This document shows, one piece after another, positions 49,695 to 60,360 of a stretch of 64,000 nt of DNA. Source of the stretch: Nitrosopumilus sp. (GTDB taxonomy: Archaea; Thermoproteota; Nitrososphaeria; Nitrososphaerales; Nitrosopumilaceae); the NCBI GenBank assembly GCA_965205425.1, contig CBDBGZ010000009.1:160001-224000 (forward strand), in the 5' to 3' direction. A model generated the notes under the pieces. The model worked only from the letters and a program-made list of their open reading frames with translations, had not been told where the DNA came from and searched no databases. Numbering within the stretch: the first letter of the stretch is position 1; the number at the start of each line of letters is the position of its first letter. Position numbers and translations under genes: made by a program.

Positions 49695-50229
49695 GATTAG
49701 GATACTGCTTATTTAATTTAGAGCCTACCATCAATTTTACTTCATTAAGTGAAGTTGAAGATTTACCATTTGATTGACTGAAATCAAATCTTGCAGTAGT
49801 AAGTGCAGCTGAATCAAGCACAATACTACCTAAATGTACAGATATTTCAGATAATTTTTGACTGCAACTTGGAATAATATCAAACAATTGTGCACTAACA
49901 GTTCTAATCATAGGAATTGAAGGAGGAAGAATTTCTGGAATACTACCTACATTAGAAATATGTTTCATGTTCTTTTTTACGTGGAGAAGAATTTCCAGAG
50001 AGTAGGTTACAAGATGTTCAAGTTTCAAGGAGTCCATCATAGTTTTATCTGATTCATCAAAGTCATGAACTAATTCTTTGTTTGTTTCTTTTAGTTTGGA
50101 TTGTTTTTCTTTAAGAGTGTCAATTATCTCATCTAATAGATTTACAGAATATTCTAATCTAGGAACTAGAGTAACGGAATGCGAAATATTTTCAATTTCT
50201 AATGGATTTACACTACATTTTACCAACAT
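49666..50229 (-). CDS. Hypothetical coiled-coil protein
   Basis: 187-aa ORF. Confidence 0.6.
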   Translation of the reverse strand: MLVKCSVNPLEIENISHSVTLVPRLEYSVNLLDEIIDTLKEKQSKLKETNKELVHDFDESDKTMMDSLKLEHLVTYSLEILLHVKKNMKHISNVGSIPEILPPSIPMIRTVSAQLFDIIPSCSQKLSEISVHLGSIVLDSAALTTARFDFSQSNGKSSTSLNEVKLMVGSKLNKQYPNLDFFKLCNT

Positions 50230-50388
50230 ACCAAATAGAACTTCTAGATTTCATATATCAGGACGGTGTATCAAATAATTTAGTAACCACAGTTACACCC
50301 ATCAGCAGATACATTTTTGATTTTTTTTGAGTATTTGTGTAAAGGAATTTAGCTCTCAATTTTACCTAATAACAAATCAAGGATAATC

Positions 50389-51549
50389 ATGGTAAATGAG
50401 CACGTTTTGACAGTAAGTTTAGAAGAATTTGGATTAAGCAAGTATGAAGCACAGGCATATGTTGCTTTGATTGCAAAGGGTACAATTTCAGCAAGTGAAT
50501 TAGCATATTATTCTGAAATTCCAAGAACCAAAATTTATCCAACGTTGTTAAAATTAGAAAGTAAAAAACTGGTTATTATTTCAAAAAGTAAACCAATAAT
50601 GTGTACAGCAATTGCACCAGAAGATGCGTTTGATGGAATTATTCATGAGCAGATCAATAAAGTAAACGCAATGAATACACTAATTTCAAATTTAAAGAAA
50701 GCAAGTGAGGAGAGTAGAAAATCAAGAGGTTCTGAAGAAAAAAGATATTTTCATTTGAGTGCAAATAATGTATTACCTCAACTTCAAACAATGATTGAAG
50801 GTTCAAAATCATCAATTAAGATTATGACAGATCAGTGGGGATTTGGATTGTTGGCAGAATGTAAAGAACAGTTATTGTCAGTACTACGTCGTAATTTAGA
50901 CGTCAAATTGTTAGTATCACCATCACAAATTTGTTCTGAAGCATATAGAGCAATTCCAGACGATGTTGAAATTAGAGCATCAGAAATTACACAGAATTGT
51001 TTTATTTTTGATGAGACAGAATTGTTAATGGTAAATAATGAGAATGGAAAAGGAGCCACTTTTTCATCAACTGAAATTCTAGGAGTAAATCAAGAAAGAA
51101 TATTTTCAAATATTTGGAAAAATTCAATAAAAACAAAAGCTCTTGCAGACATGACAAAAGCAGAAGCACAAGAAATTTACAAAATAATTAAAACAGTCAA
51201 TGAAACAGGGTTATTGCACATTCTAAATTCTACAATGGTTTCAAAAAAATCAGATATAGACATGTTCAAACTTTTAGAAAAGAATGGAATTTCACTCAAA
51301 TCAAAGACACTAGATGATGTTATTGACATCATGGATGCCATAATGCAAATTACCTGTTCAGGACATGTGAATTTTGAGGCAAACACCAAAAATATCACAG
51401 TGGAATCAAAACTAAACAGTGGACATTCACTACCATGGGTATCAATTTTGGACGGATGCCTTCAAAAACAAGGGTACAAAACTAGAACAGTATATCAAAA
51501 CAACTCCAATAAAGGAGAAAAAGTCCTTATCAAAATTTCAAAAAACTAG
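50389..51549 (+). CDS. TrmB-family transcriptional regulator
   Basis: FGLSKYEAQAY...IPRTKIYPTL..L. Confidence 0.9.
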   Translation: MVNEHVLTVSLEEFGLSKYEAQAYVALIAKGTISASELAYYSEIPRTKIYPTLLKLESKKLVIISKSKPIMCTAIAPEDAFDGIIHEQINKVNAMNTLISNLKKASEESRKSRGSEEKRYFHLSANNVLPQLQTMIEGSKSSIKIMTDQWGFGLLAECKEQLLSVLRRNLDVKLLVSPSQICSEAYRAIPDDVEIRASEITQNCFIFDETELLMVNNENGKGATFSSTEILGVNQERIFSNIWKNSIKTKALADMTKAEAQEIYKIIKTVNETGLLHILNSTMVSKKSDIDMFKLLEKNGISLKSKTLDDVIDIMDAIMQITCSGHVNFEANTKNITVESKLNSGHSLPWVSILDGCLQKQGYKTRTVYQNNSNKGEKVLIKISKN

Positions 51550-51962
51550 TCAAGAAAAATATAGTTTGAATAGATTTAGAGTTTTTTCTGAGATTCTTTG
51601 TATGCAATATACGAAATAAAGTCAGATGTACTTTGAAACGGAGTATTACCTCTAAGATTTTTCTCAATATGTGCAGATACTTTATTTGCTAATTTTTGAC
51701 TATCAATCATTTTGATATTCTTGTTGTATCAGTTCAAGAGTCTTAGAATCAAATTTTGCAAAGCATTTGTTCAATTCTTCCTCATCTAATTCTTCATCAT
51801 GAAATAACATGTACTAATTTTAAATTAGGAATTTGATGCACATTACATTAGTAGATAAGAAACATGTACAAAATGCTCAAAATTGTATAGTTTTTGAAGA
51901 AATTCACACCTAGTAATTTTTCAAGGCACCACCAATAAATAATTCCCAATAAGGAACTGATC

Positions 51963-52568
51963 ATGAAAACAATTTCCATAAATTACATTTTAGAGTGCAT
52001 GAATGATGAAAAAAACTATTTTGGAGATTTATGGGAAACTTGTCTGAATAATAAAAAAAGATTCAACAGAACCAAATTAAAAGAAATTTTGAAAAAAATG
52101 GAAGTGTTAGGTCATATCAAAAAACATGGTTACAAAAATGACGCATATTATGTCAAAAATTATCATTATTCACTTGAGGAAAATATTGGTTTTATTAACA
52201 ACATTATGTTTACTTATGAATCTAAAATTAATTTAACACTAAAAAAATTAGAAAATAGAAAAATATTTTTAGATATTTCAAAAAATCTAACTTCGTATAA
52301 ATTTAGTAAATATACAAAAACAGAATATGAGACATTACTCACAAACATGACAAGTATGTTTGAATTGGCATCATCAATTTTATGGTCTAAAGAAAATAGC
52401 GATGATACAGAATTAAAAAAAGAATTAAAAAATTGCTTCAAACAGATAAATGAATTCATGAATGAAATAAATCAAAAATTGTTGGAAGGAAGGAAAACTC
52501 AAGAAAGAATATTGTTACAAAAAGACTTTAGTAATAAAATTCCAGAAGCAGGACATCTCAAGATATAG
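51963..52568 (+). CDS. Hypothetical protein (possible winged-helix N-terminus)
   Basis: 201-aa AT-rich ORF. Confidence 0.55.
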   Translation: MKTISINYILECMNDEKNYFGDLWETCLNNKKRFNRTKLKEILKKMEVLGHIKKHGYKNDAYYVKNYHYSLEENIGFINNIMFTYESKINLTLKKLENRKIFLDISKNLTSYKFSKYTKTEYETLLTNMTSMFELASSILWSKENSDDTELKKELKNCFKQINEFMNEINQKLLEGRKTQERILLQKDFSNKIPEAGHLKI

Positions 52569-52740
52569 AATATGACAAACGAATGTCACTAGAGACACTT
52601 ACTAGATCCTCATCATAAAGTACCCCTAGCAACAAGTCATTTCAAATTCTTGGATATATACAACAATCCATACAAGTTTAGATATCAAAAGAAATTAGAT
52701 AGTAAAAACTAAAATCACAGAAAAATTTAGCAACATAGTC

Positions 52741-53196
52741 TTGATTGAAGAAAAACTTGAAACGATGGGAATTAAACTTCCAAACCCACCAACACCCGCA
52801 GGATCATATGTTCCTGCAATCAAGACAGGGAATTTGTTATTCATCTCAGGTCAAATTCCAATGGAAGAGGGTAAAGTCATCTTTACTGGAAAAGTTTCAA
52901 ATGATAACATGGAAGTGGCTCAAAAATCAGCAAGAATGTGTGCAATCAATCTATTAGCTCAGATGAAAAGAGAACTAGGTGATTTGGACAAGGTTACAAA
53001 AATAGTAAAACTTTCAGGATTTGTAAATTCCATGCCCGAATTTTCACAACATCCCAAAATAATCAATCCAGCATCAGATTTGTTTTTTGAAATATTTGGA
53101 GATAAAGGAAAACACGCTAGAGTAGCTGTAGGAGTTGCATGTTTACCATTAGATTCAATGACTGAAATTGATGCCATTGTAGAATTTTCAGATTAA
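52741..53196 (+). CDS. RidA/YjgF-family protein
   Basis: GSYVPA, ISGQIP, GKHARVAVG. Confidence 0.9.
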   Translation: MIEEKLETMGIKLPNPPTPAGSYVPAIKTGNLLFISGQIPMEEGKVIFTGKVSNDNMEVAQKSARMCAINLLAQMKRELGDLDKVTKIVKLSGFVNSMPEFSQHPKIINPASDLFFEIFGDKGKHARVAVGVACLPLDSMTEIDAIVEFSD

Positions 53197-53241
53197 ACAA
53201 TTTGGGAATTTTCTTAAATAGATTTTTGATGTAATGAGCAC

Positions 53242-53502
53242 ATGGTGCAAATGTGTCGAGGAATATGTGAACGTCTAAAATCAACTTCATTTACAAATAA
53301 TTTACGTTACAAAATTGGTCAAAAATGGTGCTCATTATGTGCATTATTTTTCTTTACTGAAGAAAACACATGTCCATGTTGTAAAACAAGACTTAGAACA
53401 AAAGCTAGGAGTAAAAAGGATAATTGCCCAGAATGTAAACACGAAAAAGGAAAATGTGATTGTCTTTGTTGCTGTTCTGTTTCACAAATAGGCTGTGTAT
53501 AG
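53242..53502 (+). CDS. Cys-rich Zn-finger protein; stop supplied by the IS630 end
   Basis: CRGIC...CSLC...CPCC. Confidence 0.7.
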   Translation: MVQMCRGICERLKSTSFTNNLRYKIGQKWCSLCALFFFTEENTCPCCKTRLRTKARSKKDNCPECKHEKGKCDCLCCCSVSQIGCV

Positions 53503-55622
53503 CGACGATCAAAAGTTCGCAAACATCTTTGCGGGATTTCTAAAGATATAATTTGCAACATCAAGCTTGAATTTTGTCACTCTGAAATATTTTGACACTG
53601 CCTTGTTCATCATTGTAAACATTGCATAATACTCTGAAACCAACAATGCATATTTGCTTATCTTCCAGCACGGGTGTGTCCTAAAACTATCCTCTAACAT
53701 GTTTTGTAACCCCCATCAAATTAACAACTCGTATGTTGTAACAAATTACACGCAACGCCAACTCTTTTCTTTGAACCAACTTGTTTTTTGATGACAAGCT
53801 ATTTCCAAAGATTCTTTTGAGTACTGCAAATACTGATTCAACAAGTGACCTCTTGTGATAATGTCTGTCAAATTCATCTTGATTGTCCTGGAATAATGTT
53901 ATCATTTTTTTCCATGATGCAGAGCCTTTGGGATTTCTAACTGTGTTCTTCTTTGGTTTGATGTATGGTATCTTTTGCAGAGTAGCTACCATATTGCAAA
54001 TGTCTCGTGACAAATATGCAGGATCTGCACAAAAATCACCAATTCCCTTTGGAATGTCTTTGATTAGTTTTTTGAGAATTGGTGCATCACCACGAGTTCC
54101 TTTAGTAATGTCAAAAGATACTATTGCCATGGACTGTATTGCAATTAGGATGTGCAGTTTTAGATATAATTTCTTGGATTTGTGCGTGTTTGTCTTGATG
54201 TCAAACCAAGCCTCACATCTTTTGGTACCAAATCCTGAACTGTCAGGAGCTATGTCTTTTTTTTGATTGGTTCTGTGAGTTTTGCGTTTACCTTTTTCAA
54301 ATAAGGCATTGGAATTCTTTTTAGACTGTCATTAATGACAGTCTTGCTTGGTGCTTTTTTGAGCTCCATTATTTCCAACAGATCCGGCCTTGATCTCAAG
54401 TGGGACTCCATGGAACGATAATCCAATCCAAACTTTACCTTTAGCATTGCACACATTATCTTTGCTTTTGTTGGAAATGCAGGACGTCCGCCTGTCTTTG
54501 GTTCCCATGGTGTATCCATACTCCAAACTGTCTTCTTTACTTTTTCCAAGAATAGAATCTCCTCATCCTTGCGATATGTGCCATATACTTGCCAGTCTCT
54601 TTTTGATTTGTTTTGCATAGTTGTTGTGATTCCATGCGATCAATATGTTACAGAATTGAATAAAATTGTTATATTTGTCTACTTTTAGGACACACCCTTC
54701 CAGCACTGCTCTATCATGTTCTTCAAGTATGGTGATCCCTTTGGCAACCAGATTAGTTTGACATCTCTATTATTTGCAAGGTATTTCTTTACCTTCTTTG
54801 ATTTGTGAACTGATGCTCTATCTAAAATGATTGCAATTTTGCCATATTTCTGATGCAATTCCTTTAGGTACTCTACAAATGTTACAGCGTTGAATTTGTC
54901 ATAAACTCTGAATAGTTGATTGCCATTTTCTGTAATTGTACCATACACTGCCAGACTCTCATGTCGTCCTGTATATGGAAGAAATATTCTCTTGGCAACT
55001 GGTGACCAGTACTTTTTTCCTGTTTTTGTATCCCTTACAAAGAATGCTTCATCAGCCATTGCAATTACAAATCCTTTCTTTTTTAGGCGTGAAATTCTCT
55101 TTTTGATGCGTTGCTGCCAGCTTCTCACAGCAGATATACTTGCATGGTTGATGTGATATTTTTGTGCAGTTTTTGCAGACATGCCGTATTGGTGCATTAT
55201 CTTTCTGATGTGGGTTATGTGAAATTTTACTCCAGTGGAATAAAAGATACTTTGTTGCAACATTATGGGGGTAAACAAAGTTAGCATTGCTTTTGGACAT
55301 GATAGCATCCATTCGAGTCTGGGAGATTGTTCTTGGCCTACCACTTCTTGGGTGGTCGTAGAGGCCATCTATCTCAAAACGACTCGTCCATTTTCTCACC
55401 CAGCTTGTGCAGTGGTGTAATGTCTTTGCAGTGCACTGTATGTCCTTTCCATCCTTTAGAATCATCAACACTGCAAGCATCCTTACTGCAACCTTGGAGT
55501 TTTCTTTTTTGTATGCTGCTTCAAGTGATTCTAACTTGTTCATCAAATTTTACCATACATAGTGATCAAAAAGTTTTTTGTTTTGGAATAATTTAGTTCA
55601 CGAACTTTATCTTTTCGCTATA
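53498..55622 (-). mobile_element. Degraded IS630-family element interrupted by a nested IS
   Basis: Ends TATAGCGA / TCGCTATA; ADEA, LDRASVH, SPYL..IEQCWK resuming as ISKYALL beyond the nested IS; frameshift near 55292. Confidence 0.85.
53672..54697 (-). mobile_element. IS5-family (IS903-like) element with two-ORF transposase (54250..54618 plus downstream frame to 53687)
   Basis: 15-bp TIR GGGTGTGTCCTAAAA; 9-bp TSD TTCCAGCAC (53663-53671, 54698-54706); A8 run at ORF junction; DSSGF, ADPAY, YHKRSLVESVF. Confidence 0.88.
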
Positions 55623-56011
55623 CATGATATTACTCATTGGGGGATTAGTGCATCAATCGGGGTCATTTTCATCATTCATAGTTTGAAAAAGTTTGATCCT
55701 AGCTGGCAAGAATGGTTAGTGAGTATTGGAATCCCACCAGAAATGCAATTGCCAATTGCATTAGCAAAATTCATCGGGGAGGCATTTTGTTAGTTGTAGG
55801 TGTTCTCACCAGAGTTACAAGTTCAATATTTGCAGTAATTTTACTGGGGGCAATATTCCATATCAGATGGGAAAATGGATTTTTTGTTTCCAAAGGAGGA
55901 TGGGGATGGGATCTTGTAATGCTAGCTGCAGTTCTTGCAATAATAGTTGCAGGGCCTGGAAGAATTTCAATTTCACACCTGGTGAAAAAAATTCCTAGAT
56001 TTTTACAGTAA
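55623..56011 (+). pseudogene. DoxX-family membrane protein, lacking a start and frameshifted
   Basis: HDITHWG...IALAKFI and GGILLVVGVLTR...GPGRIS are in different frames; abuts the IS630 end. Confidence 0.75.
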
Positions 56012-57256
56012 TTATTTTATTTTTTTGTTTAATTCTGTAATGAATTTTTTTATTTTTGGTTTAGGAACCACAGCACCACAGGCTTTATCATGTCCTCCAC
56101 CAGAACCACCAAGACTAGTTGCTAAAAGATTTACAATTCTACCCAAGTGAACCTTACAGTCTTTTGAACCTCTAACTGAAACAGCATAGATACCATGATC
56201 AACGCGTTCTTTGTAAGCTACACCAACATTTTTCCCAGACAATCCCATTACAAAATTAACTGCACCACTTGCACCAGCATCCAAAATTTCCATATGGCCA
56301 AGATTACTCATAGTTTTCAATCCCACCTTGACCTTAGCAATCATTTGAGATAGTTTCTCTACTTGGATTTGTGCAAATTCATAGGTATTTGGAATATCAT
56401 GTGGGAATCTTGAATCTGCTAATTCTTCAACTAAATATTGTAAATAGTCAGGTTCCTTTTGATGACCCACAATATTGTAAGTCATTACAGTTGCACTAAT
56501 CAAAGCAAATTGTCTATCATAAATTTGAAATAATTTAGAACCAATTGGTCTTGTTTCCATATAATCAGTAATTGCAGCACATGTTGCAATGAAAGATGCA
56601 TGATCATTGAGTTTTGATTTGAATGCAGTATAAGCCAAAACTGCAGTACATTCATTGACATCATGAATGACTTTGACTTTGAGTTTGTTTAGTGATTTTA
56701 CAACAGTAGGATCAATATCGTGATGATCAATATAAGTAACTGAAACTTTATTCTTTCTCAGTCTTGTCATAATATCTATAAATTCATCTTGGGTTTTTTT
56801 GCTCAATCCCAAATCACAAATAAATAATGATTTTAATTTTTCATCTAAAACTACTTGGTTTAATGCTTCCATCTGTCCCGGATAATCAACTAGCATTGCA
56901 TCTCCGCCAAATGCTTGACGAATTAATGCCGCAGAACTAATTCCATCACAATCTTCCTTATGGGAAATACAAATTACTTTAGTTCTCTTTTGTTTGGTTA
57001 CTTTTTTAGCTGGTGTTTTTTTGGTTACTTTTTTAGCTGGTGTTTTTTTGGTTACTTTTTTAGCTGGTGTTTTTTTGGTTACTTTTTTAGCTGGTGTTTT
57101 TTTGGTTACTTTTTTAGCTGGTGTTTTTTTGGTTACTTTTTTAGCTGGTGTTTTTTTGGTTACTTTTTTAGCTGGTGTTTTTTTGGTTACTTTTTTAGCT
57201 GGTGTTTTTTTGGTTACTTTTTTAGCTGGTGTTTTTTTAGTTTTAGATGAAACCAA
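56012..57256 (-). CDS. DHH/DHHA1 phosphoesterase with histone-H1-like N-terminal repeats
   Basis: HKEDCDG, ICDL, IDHH, GGGHDKACG. Confidence 0.88.
   Translation of the reverse strand: MVSSKTKKTPAKKVTKKTPAKKVTKKTPAKKVTKKTPAKKVTKKTPAKKVTKKTPAKKVTKKTPAKKVTKKTPAKKVTKKTPAKKVTKQKRTKVICISHKEDCDGISSAALIRQAFGGDAMLVDYPGQMEALNQVVLDEKLKSLFICDLGLSKKTQDEFIDIMTRLRKNKVSVTYIDHHDIDPTVVKSLNKLKVKVIHDVNECTAVLAYTAFKSKLNDHASFIATCAAITDYMETRPIGSKLFQIYDRQFALISATVMTYNIVGHQKEPDYLQYLVEELADSRFPHDIPNTYEFAQIQVEKLSQMIAKVKVGLKTMSNLGHMEILDAGASGAVNFVMGLSGKNVGVAYKERVDHGIYAVSVRGSKDCKVHLGRIVNLLATSLGGSGGGHDKACGAVVPKPKIKKFITELNKKIK
56994..57238. repeat. 27-bp perfect tandem repeat, 9 copies (KKTPAKKVT)
   Basis: Directly visible in DNA and protein. 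Confidence 0.95.
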
Positions 57257-57303
57257 TACAGATTAAAAAATCACAAACCCTCATTTAAATGAAGAATGTA
57301 AAA

Positions 57304-57495
57304 TTAGGATCTTTTGGTAGATTTTTTGATACTCTGATTTACCAATGAGCTAGAATCAAGATAAACATCGTAAAATGATAATCCTTCTAATTGGGTTTGA
57401 TTATCAATTTCTTGTATTTTTTTTAATTCATCAGAAGACGCATTTAGAACCATATCATCTAGTTTTTTCAAATGTTCACGCTCTTTAGGAGTCAT
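57304..57495 (-). CDS. Small hypothetical protein
   Basis: 63-aa ORF. Confidence 0.55.
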   Translation of the reverse strand: MTPKEREHLKKLDDMVLNASSDELKKIQEIDNQTQLEGLSFYDVYLDSSSLVNQSIKKSTKRS

Positions 57496-57614
57496 TTAAT
57501 TTCTGATTAAAAATTCTCATTTATAACCAAAAGTTGCCATATTAGACTAATTACTAAACTTCATAGACATGATTATGGCGAAAATATAATAGAAGATTTC
57601 CATGTAGGCTCAAT

Positions 57615-58778
57615 ATGGAGACAAAAAATATCGGTCTACGTGGAATTGAAGTTGCAGATACCAGAATTTCAAATATTGATGGTGAAAAAGGCAAGCTAAT
57701 TTATCGAGGATTCGACATACTAGATCTCACAAAAAATTCATCATTTGAAGAAACTGCATATCTATTACTATATGACAAATTACCTACTAAACAAGAATTA
57801 GATGAATTTAATGCAAAATTGGTGGAAGCAAGATACATTCCAAAACAAATGCAGAAAAACATGGGCAATTGGAGAAAAGATGCAGATCCAATGGATATGC
57901 TTCAAGCATTCGTTTCTGCACTAGCAGGATATTATGATGAAGAATTTTCAAATAAAGATGCCAGTTACGATAAGGCAATCAACCTAATTGCTAAAGTACC
58001 AACTATTGTTGCAAGTTGGCAAAGAATAAGAAATGGATTAGATCCAATAGATCCTGATTCATCACTTAGTCATGCTGCAAATTTCCTATACATGATGTTT
58101 GGAGAAAAACCAGATTCAGAAGTTGAAAAAATCTTTGATGTCTGTTTAATTCTTCATGCAGATCACACTTTCAATGCTTCAACTTTTACTGCCAGACAAG
58201 TTGCATCAACAAGAGCACACATGTATTCAGCATCAAGTGCAGCCATTGGAGCACTAAGTGGAGAATTACATGGAGGAGCAAATACGGAAGTTATGAAAAT
58301 GCTCTTAGAAATTGCAGAATTGGATAAAGTAGAAGTATGGATTAAAGAAAAGATGTCTGTAGGAGATAGAATTATGGGAATGGGTCATGCAGTTTATAGA
58401 ACATATGACCCAAGAGCGCAAGTACTAAAAGAACTATCAAGAAAACTTGCAGAAAAAACCAAAGACCCATGGTACGAGATTACAGAAAAAGTAGAAACCA
58501 CAACTATTTCTGAAATGAAATCCCAGAAAGACAGAGACATCTATCCAAATGTGGACTTGTATAGTGCATCATTATATTACATGTTAAAAATTCCAATGGA
58601 TCTTAATACCCCCATCTTTGCAGTTTCAAGAGTAGTTGGATGGGCAGCGCACATCATTGAAGAAAAATTTGCAGAGGCAGCACCAAAGCCAGCATTATAC
58701 AGACCAAAGGCAACATATGTTGGAAAGTATTGTGGACCTCAAGGTTGCGAATACCAAACTTTAGACTTGAGAAAATAA
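57615..58778 (+). CDS. gltA: Citrate synthase
   Basis: HADHTFNAST, LHGGAN, GMGHAVY..DPR, YPNVD. Confidence 0.95.
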   Translation: METKNIGLRGIEVADTRISNIDGEKGKLIYRGFDILDLTKNSSFEETAYLLLYDKLPTKQELDEFNAKLVEARYIPKQMQKNMGNWRKDADPMDMLQAFVSALAGYYDEEFSNKDASYDKAINLIAKVPTIVASWQRIRNGLDPIDPDSSLSHAANFLYMMFGEKPDSEVEKIFDVCLILHADHTFNASTFTARQVASTRAHMYSASSAAIGALSGELHGGANTEVMKMLLEIAELDKVEVWIKEKMSVGDRIMGMGHAVYRTYDPRAQVLKELSRKLAEKTKDPWYEITEKVETTTISEMKSQKDRDIYPNVDLYSASLYYMLKIPMDLNTPIFAVSRVVGWAAHIIEEKFAEAAPKPALYRPKATYVGKYCGPQGCEYQTLDLRK

Positions 58779-58780
58779 TT

Positions 58781-59002
58781 TTAATTTCTTGTGCTTAACC
58801 AATCTTTAGCTTTTGAATTTACATCGTGTTTATACAACACTTCAAAAACCATATCATAAAATGTGATATCTTTTTTCTGGGCCTGATCATCTAGCCATTT
58901 GATTCCATCTGCCAATTCTGGATCATATTCTGAAAACTCTACTAATTCATCTACCATTTTTGAGAAGAAGGCGTGAGATTCAAGCATGAATACATCTTTC
59001 AA
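58781..59002 (-). CDS. Small hypothetical protein
   Basis: 73-aa ORF. Confidence 0.6.
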   Translation of the reverse strand: MKDVFMLESHAFFSKMVDELVEFSEYDPELADGIKWLDDQAQKKDITFYDMVFEVLYKHDVNSKAKDWLSTRN

Positions 59003-59063
59003 TCTATGATCATAAGTAAGGTATTCAAATTATATAGACAAAAGACCCCTTTTTGGTTGACAA

Positions 59064-59474
59064 TTGCACCATGTTTTCTATTTAGACGGAAATGCAAAGA
59101 AAATTTCATGGGTTATTCAGACTAATGATTCAAATTCTGAACAAAGTAGAGAACATGTAGAAATTTACAGAGATAAAATTTCAAATTTACAATCAAAATA
59201 CATTGCATTACATATTGGTTTGTTTTGGGGGATTGGAGTATTCATAATAAAAAATGACGATCATATAAAAATAAAATTAGATGATAAAATAATGTTTGAA
59301 CAATTAACGACAAATAAAATTATCAACGATGAATTTATTGAAAACAAAATTAAATTCATCAAGCAACTAATTGCTCAAAGAAAATTAAAGATAGACTTTG
59401 AAATAATACAACAAGAAACCAATATCGCTAAAAAAACACTTGATGCAAAAGAGCTTAAGAGCAAAAACGATTAG
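59064..59474 (+). CDS. Hypothetical protein, degenerate RNase H-like
   Basis: FYLDG...KYIAL..GL...N.A pattern without a full acidic set. Confidence 0.45.
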   Translation: MHHVFYLDGNAKKISWVIQTNDSNSEQSREHVEIYRDKISNLQSKYIALHIGLFWGIGVFIIKNDDHIKIKLDDKIMFEQLTTNKIINDEFIENKIKFIKQLIAQRKLKIDFEIIQQETNIAKKTLDAKELKSKND

Positions 59475-59707
59475 TATCTTGGTGAGAGCTCATTTGCAGT
59501 TTGTACATATACTACAAACTAGAATAATAAAAGAAAGATTTGTTCAATTTGATTGACAACACTTTATCTTCAATTAGAGCGATCTTATGAGATTTTCAAA
59601 GGATTACTAAGAATACTGTAAATATTTCATAGAATGAAAGAATTTTGAAAATGGATGTGTTTTAGACGATTAGATTTATTTAGATCATAGCAAGTCAGGG
59701 ATCAATT

Positions 59708-60340
59708 ATGGCAAGTATAGACAAAGCAGCTATAGTATTCTCAATTGCAATAGCCCTAATAGGTGTAGGAATTGCAGTTGCAGGAGATGCTGTACAAAAC
59801 AACCCAACATATTCTGCTCCCGTAGATTCTACTCCAAAAGTTTCAACTGAAACTTCAGAGCCAGAACCACAAGCAGACCCATTTGCAGATATTGCTGAAA
59901 AAGTAAAATCTGGAGATAATATGATGGAAAAAGAAGCTGTAGAACTTGAAGAAATCAACATAACAGAAACTCATGAAGAAGAAGCTATGATGGAAGAAAC
60001 TCATGAAGAAGAAGCTATGATGGAAGAACCAGCAGGACCAACAACTCATACTGTTGATATTCCAGTAGGAACTTCAGTTCCAGGATGTGAAGAAAGTAAT
60101 GCATGTTACTTACCAGCAGATATCACAATTAATGCTGGAGATACAGTAGAATGGATTAACATCGACACAGCAGCTCACACAGTAACTGGCGGTAGTCCAG
60201 CTGATGGCCCATCTGACGTATTTGATAGCAGTCTAGTCATGGCAGATGCAGTGTATGCATTTACTTTTGATGACGCAGGCAGTTACGATTACTTCTGTAT
60301 GGTACACCCATGGATGGTCGGTAGTGTTACAGTGAACTAA
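59708..60340 (+). CDS. Membrane-anchored blue copper (plastocyanin-like) protein
   Basis: HTVT...YFCMVHPWM; acidic linker with a 30-bp duplication. Confidence 0.9.
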   Translation: MASIDKAAIVFSIAIALIGVGIAVAGDAVQNNPTYSAPVDSTPKVSTETSEPEPQADPFADIAEKVKSGDNMMEKEAVELEEINITETHEEEAMMEETHEEEAMMEEPAGPTTHTVDIPVGTSVPGCEESNACYLPADITINAGDTVEWINIDTAAHTVTGGSPADGPSDVFDSSLVMADAVYAFTFDDAGSYDYFCMVHPWMVGSVTVN

Positions 60341-60360
60341 CCAAAATTTTTCCTTTTTTC

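Noticed and set aside
53242..55793. Ancestral Zn-finger-DoxX fusion split by the IS630
   Set aside because: The flanks join in frame (QIGCV-HDITHWG), but an IS-adjacent deletion removing the DoxX start explains it equally well; undecidable without orthologues
56960..57266. Plus-strand ORFs with (FFGYFFSWC)n and (VTFLAGVFL)n
   Set aside because: Antisense shadows of the 27-bp repeat in the DHH gene
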